From an uncultured Gammaproteobacteria bacterium (GTDB lineage: Bacteria; Patescibacteriota; Microgenomatia; UBA12405), in the NCBI GenBank assembly GCA_964428535.1, contig CAYRYK010000002.1:13469-56217 (forward strand): 42,749 nucleotides of DNA. The letters are read 5' to 3'. The notes beneath the pieces are model-generated. The model worked only from the letters and a program-made list of their open reading frames with translations. It ran no database searches and was not told the origin of the DNA. This document shows, in pieces, positions 33,803 to 40,770 of the stretch (positions are counted from its first letter, which is position 1; each line of letters begins with the position of its first letter). Position numbers and translations under genes: made by a program.

Positions 33803-34214
33803 TAAAGTTAAAAGTATGCCAGACGAAAATCAAGCTCAAACCATCCTTAATATTGAATCTCTCATCAATACCGCCACTGTCCGTCTTGATGAAATAAGTA
33901 AGCAACTCCAAGAGCAAAAAGGTATGATTGACGCTCTCTTAGAGAATAATGCCGAGTATCAAGAGATCGAAAAAGAAGCCAAAAAACAGGCCAAATTAAA
34001 AACTTCTGCCAAGCAAAATGTTCTTAGTGCTCCCGAAGCCAAGTCAACCCTCGACAAACTCAAAGAAAATCAGACTCAAGCCAAAGAACTAAAAATCGCC
34101 TTATCTGATTATTTAGCTCAATACGTCGCTCTTTCTGGTACTAACCAAATCGAAGGTCCAGACGGTGTTGTTCGCCAAATTATTTACACTGCCAAGTTAG
34201 TAAAAACCAAATAA
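33780..34214 (+). CDS. Hypothetical coiled-coil protein (144 aa; alternative start ATG 33816)
   Basis: K/E/Q-rich helical sequence. No family recognised. Confidence 0.5.
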   Translation: MKMNFSLDKVKSMPDENQAQTILNIESLINTATVRLDEISKQLQEQKGMIDALLENNAEYQEIEKEAKKQAKLKTSAKQNVLSAPEAKSTLDKLKENQTQAKELKIALSDYLAQYVALSGTNQIEGPDGVVRQIIYTAKLVKTK

Positions 34215-34219
34215 TAGTT

Positions 34220-34225
34220 TATAAT
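34220..34225 (+). promoter_or_regulatory. TATAAT -10 box 6 nt upstream of the trxA ATG (leaderless-type start)
   Basis: TATAAT-ccacct-ATG with no SD. Confidence 0.4.
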
Positions 34226-34231
34226 CCACCT

Positions 34232-34543
34232 ATGGCACAAAATATTTCCCAAAATGATTTCCAAAAAGAAGTTTTAGATTCCAAAGGTAAAGTTTTAGTC
34301 GATTTTTGGGCTCCTTGGTGTGGTCCTTGCCAAATGCTTGGTCCTATCATTGAAGAATTGAGTCATGAATTAACTGATGTCAAAGTTGTCAAAGTTGATG
34401 TTGATCAAGCTCCAGAAATTTCCAGTAAGTACGGTGTTTCAGGTATTCCTACTGTTATGCTCTTCAAAGATGGTCAACCAGTCGAAACCATTGTCGGTTT
34501 CCGCCAAAAACAAGATTATCTTAATGCCATCAATAAGGCATAA
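34232..34543 (+). CDS. trxA: Thioredoxin
   Basis: WAPWCGPC active site, about 103 aa. Confidence 0.95.
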   Translation: MAQNISQNDFQKEVLDSKGKVLVDFWAPWCGPCQMLGPIIEELSHELTDVKVVKVDVDQAPEISSKYGVSGIPTVMLFKDGQPVETIVGFRQKQDYLNAINKA

Positions 34544-34547
34544 TTAA

Positions 34548-35546
34548 ATGGATTTAAACCAACTTAAAACTTTTTTAGATTCTCAGCATCTTCCGACTTT
34601 CCGTTTCCGTCAAATTGTAAAAAACTATTATTCTGGTCGTTATTCAAATTTTGACCAGATGACCGATCTTTCCCTTGATTTACGCGCCAAACTTTCTTCT
34701 GAATTTAATCTTCTTTCTGTTAGTGAAACCAAAACAGTTGGAGATAATTCAGTTCAAAAAACTTTACTAAAATTATCTGACGGTCAATCAATCGAAACAG
34801 TTTTGATGGATTATGAAGATTGGATAACTGCCTGTGTTTCCTCTCAAGTTGGTTGTGCCCTAAATTGTCAGTTTTGTGCCACCGGTAAAATGGGTTTTAA
34901 GCGCAACTTAACTGTTGATGAAATTGTTGATCAAATCCTTTATTGGAATCAAAAAATATTTCCTCAATTTGTCGGTCGAATTGTTTTTATGGGTATGGGT
35001 GAGCCATTTTTAAACTGGGACAATCTTCTTGCCGCCCTCGAAATTATTAATTCTCCCGATGGTCTCAATATTGGTGCTCGGAAAATTAGTATTTCTACTG
35101 CCGGCGTCGCCGATAAAATAATTAAATTCACTAAGTTAGATACTCAAATCAATTTAGCTGTCTCGCTTCACTCTGCCAATCAAAAATATCGCGAATCGAT
35201 TATGCCTATTGCTCGGCAATATAATCTAGAAGAACTTAAAAAAGCTTGTTTGTATTATGTTAATCACACCAATCGTCAATTATTTTTTGAATATGCTCTT
35301 ACCGACAAAAATACTTCCCAAACCGACGCCAAATTATTAGCTGATTTTCTCCATTCTCATCGTTTGTTTTTCCTTAATCTTATTCCTCTTAATCCAGTTA
35401 CTGGTGGTTTAATTCCGGCCACCAAAGATCAACAAAAACTTTTTATGAATTACCTTAATCAATTAGGGGTAGAGTATTCACTTCGCAAATCTTTCGGTCA
35501 ATCTTATTCCGCTGCCTGCGGTCAACTCGCCACAAATTCAAAATAA
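34548..35546 (+). CDS. rlmN: Radical SAM 23S rRNA/tRNA (adenine-C2)-methyltransferase RlmN
   Basis: C.L.C.FCATG radical-SAM cluster motif, GMGEP, and the C-terminal conserved Cys (AACGQL). Confidence 0.9.
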   Translation: MDLNQLKTFLDSQHLPTFRFRQIVKNYYSGRYSNFDQMTDLSLDLRAKLSSEFNLLSVSETKTVGDNSVQKTLLKLSDGQSIETVLMDYEDWITACVSSQVGCALNCQFCATGKMGFKRNLTVDEIVDQILYWNQKIFPQFVGRIVFMGMGEPFLNWDNLLAALEIINSPDGLNIGARKISISTAGVADKIIKFTKLDTQINLAVSLHSANQKYRESIMPIARQYNLEELKKACLYYVNHTNRQLFFEYALTDKNTSQTDAKLLADFLHSHRLFFLNLIPLNPVTGGLIPATKDQQKLFMNYLNQLGVEYSLRKSFGQSYSAACGQLATNSK

Positions 35547-35575
35547 TCTATTTATTCGACAATTACGTGATTTTT

Positions 35576-35607
35576 CTGATATACTGACGGACTGATTAAC
35601 TGATAAA
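35576..35607 (+). repeat. Four tandem octamers CTGAtata CTGAcgga CTGAttaa CTGAtaaa, ending 7 nt before the obg ATG
   Basis: Strict 8-nt periodicity of CTGA. A second 4x array of the same form lies at 39751-39782. Confidence 0.75.
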
Positions 35608-35614
35608 CTAAATT

Positions 35615-36565
35615 ATGCTTATCGACGAAGTTCATATTATTATCAAAGGTGGTGACGGTGGCGATGGTATCGTTCATTTTTATAATGATGCTTTCCGTCC
35701 CAAAGGTGGCCCAGATGGGGGCACTGGTGGCGACGGTGGTTCTGTTTATTTCGAAGGTGTTTCTGATATTTCCAAATTAAATCAATTTCGTCATGCCAAA
35801 GTTTATGCTGCCGAACCTGGTCAACCAGGTGATCGCAACAATCGTACTGGCAAAGGCGGCGATGATTTAATTATTCAAGTTCCTGTTGGCACTGTAGCTC
35901 TTTACGACAATGGTACTTCTATCGAAATTACCCAAGTTGGTCAAAAAGTTCTCATGGCTCGTGGTGGTAGTGGAGGAAAGGGTAACTATATGTTCCGGTC
36001 AGCTACTAATCAAACTCCACAAGAAAGAGAATTAGGTTATAAGTGCACTCCCAAAAAACTTTTTTTACAACTCAAACTTATTGCTCAAATCGGTCTTATC
36101 GGTTTACCTAATGCTGGTAAAACTAGTTTATTAAACGAACTTACTCCAGCTCATGCCAAAGTTGCCAATTACGCTTTTACCACTCTCGAACCAAATTTAG
36201 GTGTTACCAAAGGTGGTTTAATTATTGCCGATATTCCGGGACTTATTGAAGGTGCTGCTGAGGGTCGTGGTTTAGGCGTTAAATTCCTCAAACATATCGA
36301 ACGAACTAGTTTATTAATTCATTGCGTCTCGGCCGAATCAACCAATCCTCTTAAGGATTACCAAACTATTCGCCAGGAATTATCTAACTACAGTTCTACT
36401 CTTGCCAAAAAACCAGAAATTATTGTCCTTACTAAATCTGATACTTTAAACGAAAAAGATATTAAGCCTCTCAAAAAAGAAATCGGCGCCGACGTGGTCA
36501 CTTCCATCATCGACACCGATAGTATCAAACAACTTAACGATCTTATTGCTAAAAAACTAGGCTAA
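35615..36565 (+). CDS. obg: GTPase Obg/CgtA
   Basis: Glycine-rich Obg fold (GGDGG.G), G1 GLPNAGKTS, G3 DIPG, G4 TKSD. Confidence 0.95.
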   Translation: MLIDEVHIIIKGGDGGDGIVHFYNDAFRPKGGPDGGTGGDGGSVYFEGVSDISKLNQFRHAKVYAAEPGQPGDRNNRTGKGGDDLIIQVPVGTVALYDNGTSIEITQVGQKVLMARGGSGGKGNYMFRSATNQTPQERELGYKCTPKKLFLQLKLIAQIGLIGLPNAGKTSLLNELTPAHAKVANYAFTTLEPNLGVTKGGLIIADIPGLIEGAAEGRGLGVKFLKHIERTSLLIHCVSAESTNPLKDYQTIRQELSNYSSTLAKKPEIIVLTKSDTLNEKDIKPLKKEIGADVVTSIIDTDSIKQLNDLIAKKLG

Positions 36566-36985
36566 GATAACTTTTTTCACTTTATCCCAATCTTTCTTTA
36601 ATTGAGACACTAATTTAGTTGCTCCATTTTTGGTTGCTTTCAAATCACTTTTGTATTCATCCACAATATCCTCCACAATCATGGCATATTTGTCTCTGTC
36701 AATTTCTTTTCCAGCAGTTTTTACTTCAGCCACTTTTTCCATTACTGCAGTTTTAATTTCTTTATATTTATCCATTGCCTCGTCAGTTGCTTCGCCAAAA
36801 ACTTCTTCCACTTTTCCTTTGGTATCTTTCACTCCAGTTTGAACCTCTTTAGTTAATTTGGTTAACATTTTTTTAATATCCTCTCTGGTTTTTTTACCTG
36901 ATTGTGGAGCTAACAATAAACCCCCAACTGCTCCAGCTGCGGCTGCTAATAAACCAGCCAAGAAAAAACTTCCTTTTTTTGCCAT
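36557..36985 (-). CDS. YtxH-domain protein
   Basis: N-terminal G/A-rich helix then LLAPQSGKKTREDIKK, followed by a K/E-rich helical repeat region. Confidence 0.7.
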   Translation of the reverse strand: MAKKGSFFLAGLLAAAAGAVGGLLLAPQSGKKTREDIKKMLTKLTKEVQTGVKDTKGKVEEVFGEATDEAMDKYKEIKTAVMEKVAEVKTAGKEIDRDKYAMIVEDIVDEYKSDLKATKNGATKLVSQLKKDWDKVKKVILA

Positions 36986-37030
36986 AATTTTTTGATTATT
37001 TAATTAAGTAACTAATCAAGTCTAAATTAA

Positions 37031-38866
37031 TTACAATTCTCTGTCAATTAAATATGTCCCATTTTGAGACTCTCTTAAGTCATAACCAAAAGCTCGTCGG
37101 CTTACTGCTATTATCGGCGGTGCTTGTATCCTTTTAAAATAACTCAACTTAAACATCTTCCATTTTTCCTCTAAATCTTTTTTAAACTCAAATCTAGTTT
37201 TAAAATATTTTTTAATCAATCCACTTTCTAACTTCATTTCTTCTTCAATTTTTCCTTTGTCGTACCAATCTAAAATTTCTTTTGGATCTTTTCTAAACTC
37301 TACAAACGCTCTCACCAATTTGTCGTGATAAGGGTAGAGGATTGGGTCACCTTTTCCCTTGGTTACATCTTGTTTATCACTCAATTCTGCTGATGCTACC
37401 ACTTCAAAAATTTCTTTGGGTATTAATTCTTTCTGGCTGATTTTATTAATATAGTTTGCCAATTTATAGACTTCCCATTTATACAAATCTCCCAACGGAC
37501 AAATTGCCCCATTCATATCACCGTAAAGTGTCGTGTACCCCAAAGCCATTTCTGTTTTATTACTATTATTAATGATTACTCCACCCACACAAGCCGCCAC
37601 CCCGGCCAAAATTCGACTCCCTCTATCTCTGGCCTGAATATTTTCTCTCACCATTTCATTTGTCAAAAATCCACTATTTTCCAATTGAATTATTGTTCTG
37701 TCTACCGATTCTTGTATCGGCATTATTTTATAATTTATTCCCAAATTTCGGCATAAATTTTGTGCCAAATTTTTAGTCAAATCGGAATTAAATTTTGACG
37801 GCATATTAATTCCAATTACATTCTCTTTTCCTAACACTGTTGTTACTAAACTAGTCGACACTGCCGAATCAATTCCACCACTGACTCCAATCACTACTTT
37901 TTTAATTCCTGTTTGTTCAAAAAATTTTTTCAGTCCATAAACCAAACAATCATACAATTCCTTTGTGTCATTTTCATTGCATACAAAATCACAGCCTTCC
38001 GAAGCTTTAGCGAAGGAGGCCTTCATATCTAATCCAATTTCTAACATCTCCTCTTTATATGGATTTGTCACAGCCACAATCACTCCATCTGAATTGTAAA
38101 TAGTTGATGATCCGTCAAACAAAAAAATATTTTTTCCATTATTCTGAATTCCCACATTATTACAGTAAATAAATGGGACGTTTGTGCTAGCTACTAATCG
38201 ACTTATTATTCGGTGTCGTTTAAAATTCTTTCTCCAAGTCCAGGGTGAGGCCGAAATATTAATTATTAATTCGGCTCCATTTTTTACTAATATTTCAGTT
38301 GGATTAATTGAATAATTTTCCCACCACATATCTTCACACAAAGTTAAACCAATTTTAATTTTGTCCTCGCCAATTTTTACCTCAAAAGGTCTCAATAATT
38401 CTTCCACTTTTTCTCCTCTTTCATTAGCTAACTTCATCATCGAATAAAAATATCTCTCATCATCGAACTCCCTATATTTAGGTAATAAAGTCTTAAAAGT
38501 ATGTCCTTCAAAAACTCCATTATCTAACCATTTTTTATCTTGGGCTATCAACGCCGCATTATATTTCCTAATCCTTCCATCTTCTCCAATCTTTTCAAAA
38601 TCTGCCCAAACATTTCCCCAAATAACTATTATTCCATCACTTTCTTCTCTAATAATTTCATTAATTTTCATTAATTTTTTTATCAAACTTTCATTTTCCC
38701 ATTCGTCGCCAATCAAATATCCCGCCACCGCCATTTCGGGGAAAATTACTATATCGTTTTTATTTTTTTTAGCCTCTCTAATTTTTTCAATTATTTTTTC
38801 TGTATTTTTATCTGGCCGCCCGGGGACTACTTCCATTTGTACCACCGCCACCCTAATTTTCTTCAT
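37031..38866 (-). CDS. nadE: Glutamine-dependent NAD+ synthetase (CN-hydrolase plus NAD synthetase domains)
   Basis: N-terminal nitrilase-like domain (E...K...C triad context LCEDMW). C-terminal SGGIDS PP-loop. Confidence 0.9.
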   Translation of the reverse strand: MKKIRVAVVQMEVVPGRPDKNTEKIIEKIREAKKNKNDIVIFPEMAVAGYLIGDEWENESLIKKLMKINEIIREESDGIIVIWGNVWADFEKIGEDGRIRKYNAALIAQDKKWLDNGVFEGHTFKTLLPKYREFDDERYFYSMMKLANERGEKVEELLRPFEVKIGEDKIKIGLTLCEDMWWENYSINPTEILVKNGAELIINISASPWTWRKNFKRHRIISRLVASTNVPFIYCNNVGIQNNGKNIFLFDGSSTIYNSDGVIVAVTNPYKEEMLEIGLDMKASFAKASEGCDFVCNENDTKELYDCLVYGLKKFFEQTGIKKVVIGVSGGIDSAVSTSLVTTVLGKENVIGINMPSKFNSDLTKNLAQNLCRNLGINYKIMPIQESVDRTIIQLENSGFLTNEMVRENIQARDRGSRILAGVAACVGGVIINNSNKTEMALGYTTLYGDMNGAICPLGDLYKWEVYKLANYINKISQKELIPKEIFEVVASAELSDKQDVTKGKGDPILYPYHDKLVRAFVEFRKDPKEILDWYDKGKIEEEMKLESGLIKKYFKTRFEFKKDLEEKWKMFKLSYFKRIQAPPIIAVSRRAFGYDLRESQNGTYLIDREL

Positions 38867-38872
38867 TAGCCA

Positions 38873-38878
38873 ATTATA
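38873..38878 (-). promoter_or_regulatory. TATAAT -10 box 6 nt upstream of the nadE ATG (leaderless-type start)
   Basis: The minus strand reads GGTATAAT-tggcta-ATG. Confidence 0.4.
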
Positions 38879-38888
38879 CCTAATAAGG

Positions 38889-38933
38889 TTCCTTTTTTAA
38901 GGGAAAGGTGGTGCCAAGCACTAAAGGGTTTTG
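38889..38933 (+). repeat. Mini-repeat copy F (degenerate hairpin1, hairpin GTGC-caa-GCAC 38911-38921, AAGGGTTTTG 38924-38933), intergenic
   Basis: Same module order as copies A-E. Confidence 0.6.
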
Positions 38934-38961
38934 TATTTAAATATCACTTCTCAATTTTTCC

Positions 38962-39016
38962 AAAAAAAATGACCGCAGGATTTATTTTACACATTGCTGT
39001 GCAAATACCTACGGCC
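38962..39016 (-). terminator. Probable intrinsic terminator of the two-gene cassette
   Basis: The minus strand reads GGCCGTAGG...(28-nt loop with an inner stem)...CCTGCGGTC, followed by ATTTTTTTT. Confidence 0.5.
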
Positions 39017-39043
39017 AAAAGACCATCTGCTGGTGCATTCACA

Positions 39044-39295
39044 TCACTTCTTGCGAAGCTGCTCCCAGATAGCTAATACAGTAGCTATCAGCATTATTGC
39101 AATAATACTGACTATTGTTACTGAAGAAGACCAGTCACCTTTAGCAATGTAACGGCGGACTATTTCAACAACAGCTATGATTGTTACTAAACCCGTTACT
39201 GTCGCTATCGTAGCGTTCTGCCAGCCAAGCTTTTTCAGCAAAGTCGGTAGTCGTTGCTGCCAATACCACCGATAGTATTGAAAACTTCTCTTCAC
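39044..39295 (-). CDS. Small two-TM membrane protein (83 aa), atypical composition
   Basis: GTG start overlaps the upstream stop (GTGA), with GGAGG 8 nt upstream. The W/Y/R-rich N-terminus is followed by two hydrophobic helices. Confidence 0.5.
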   Translation of the reverse strand: MKRSFQYYRWYWQQRLPTLLKKLGWQNATIATVTGLVTIIAVVEIVRRYIAKGDWSSSVTIVSIIAIMLIATVLAIWEQLRKK

Positions 39296-39597
39296 TTTCT
39301 TCCCCTCCTCAAAATCATTCTCTTCTTCAACAAAACAATCGCTCTAACGAATTTATTTCGCCTACGGTCCGTGAGTACTTGGTCAATGTTGGCAATCGTT
39401 CTTGCGTACCGAATCATCTTCGTCAATGAAATCGCCGCCGCAGTACTTCTACTGCTAGAGGAATAATAGCTTACTGTGGCCTGAGACCAAGAGAACACAA
39501 ACAGTGCTCTCAGTGCCCTCAACCAAGATTCCATTATCCTCGGTAAATACCATTCGGAACGAATCCAGTGGATACTCCTACCAATCAGTAGAAACAT
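39292..39597 (-). CDS. Hypothetical basic protein (101 aa), atypical composition
   Basis: Strong SD AGAGGAGGA lies 6 nt before the ATG at 39597. R/K-rich C-terminus. No family recognised. Confidence 0.45.
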   Translation of the reverse strand: MFLLIGRSIHWIRSEWYLPRIMESWLRALRALFVFSWSQATVSYYSSSSRSTAAAISLTKMIRYARTIANIDQVLTDRRRNKFVRAIVLLKKRMILRRGRK

Positions 39598-39750
39598 GCT
39601 AATCCTCCTCTATCTAACCTTATTCCTCAAAAACTTGTAATTTTAATGTCCTTTTTTATTTCTATATTATTTCTAGACACCGCTTTTGTGTCTATTATTA
39701 TAGATAGCCGTATTCTATCGTTAAAATTTACTTAAATCAACCAAATTTAT

Positions 39751-39782
39751 CTGACAATCTGATTAGCTGATAGGCTGACTAG
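39751..39782 (+). repeat. Four tandem octamers CTGAcaat CTGAttag CTGAtagg CTGActag, overlapping the era stop codon
   Basis: Same 8-nt CTGA periodicity and orientation as 35576-35607. Confidence 0.75.
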
Positions 39783-40699
39783 CTCTCGACTTCTCTTTCT
39801 GGCCAATGTTTATCTACTTCCACCATCAATTCCAAAAATATTTTTCTTCCGGTCATCAATTCCAATTCCTTGCGAGCGTTATAACCAATTTCTTTTATTT
39901 TTTTACCACCTCGGCCAATAATCATTTTTTTATATCTTTCAGCAGTAGTTAAAATTGCTGCTTTAATTACCAACATTTTTCTTTTATCTGTAATCTGATC
40001 TACCCTTACATCCACCGAGTAGGGAACTTCTTCTCTCAAAAATAAATATGCCTTTTCCCGAATAATTTCTTGTACATATTCTTTTGAATTCATCCCGATC
40101 TTAGGCTTATTTCCATTATCCATTATACTGATGTTATATTCCGTTTCTTTATTAATTTTTTCTGGCAACAACTCAAAAATCATATTTATCAAACCCTTCA
40201 CATTCTTATCTTTCAAAGCACTGACTCCAATCACTTTATCAAACTCATCTTCCAAATAATTATATTCGGGTAAATGATCCTTTGGTCCAATAGCCGCATC
40301 AATTTTGTTATAAACCAAAATCTTTTTTACTGGTGCTTTTCGAACTAAACCAATTACTTTATTTTCTTCTTCGTTTTTTGGACGGGAAATATCTACCAAA
40401 CACAAAATTACATCTGCTTGATTCAATTCCTTTGGTGCTTCCTGATTAATTCTTTTTCCAATCAAATCATCCACTTTAGCAATAATTCCCGGTGTATCAC
40501 TAAAAATTATCTGACCTCTATCATCACTATAAACCACCCGACTGTTTTTTCTGGTTGTCTGAGGTAATGGGGAGGTAATAGCTACTTTTTGCGACATAAT
40601 CGCATTTAGTAAGCTTGATTTGCCGGTATTCGGCCGACCAACCAACACTACTCTTCCAATTTTTTTAGTTGTTTTGTTTTCACTACTTTTATTTCGCAC
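39779..40699 (-). CDS. era: GTPase Era
   Basis: G1 GRPNTGKSS, G3 DTPG, G4 NKID, and a C-terminal KH domain (IIGRGGKKIKEIG). GTG start lies 6 nt after a TAAAAT box. Confidence 0.95.
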   Translation of the reverse strand: MRNKSSENKTTKKIGRVVLVGRPNTGKSSLLNAIMSQKVAITSPLPQTTRKNSRVVYSDDRGQIIFSDTPGIIAKVDDLIGKRINQEAPKELNQADVILCLVDISRPKNEEENKVIGLVRKAPVKKILVYNKIDAAIGPKDHLPEYNYLEDEFDKVIGVSALKDKNVKGLINMIFELLPEKINKETEYNISIMDNGNKPKIGMNSKEYVQEIIREKAYLFLREEVPYSVDVRVDQITDKRKMLVIKAAILTTAERYKKMIIGRGGKKIKEIGYNARKELELMTGRKIFLELMVEVDKHWPEREVES

Positions 40700-40732
40700 T
40701 GGTGTATTTTACACTATATAACCGTTTATTGG

Positions 40733-40766
40733 TTGACACTTAGCAATGTCAATGATAGACTGCTAA
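40733..40766 (+). promoter_or_regulatory. Putative lon promoter (TTGACA-17 nt-TAGACT) overlapped by a CIRCE-like inverted repeat TTAGCA-N15-TGCTAA
   Basis: TTGACA 40733-38, TTAGCA 40740-45, TGCTAA 40761-66. The hexamer spacing equals that in the CIRCE consensus TTAGCACTC-N9-GAGTGCTAA, but the inner CTC/GAG is not conserved. Confidence 0.35.
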
Positions 40767-40770
40767 ATAT

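Noticed and set aside
39254-39466. 70-aa hydrophobic + strand ORF (TTG start) antisense to the two-gene cassette
   Set aside because: It has no SD or promoter context, whereas the - strand ORFs have strong SDs, a coupled stop/start overlap and a terminator. It is kept only as an alternative to be tested by expression data.
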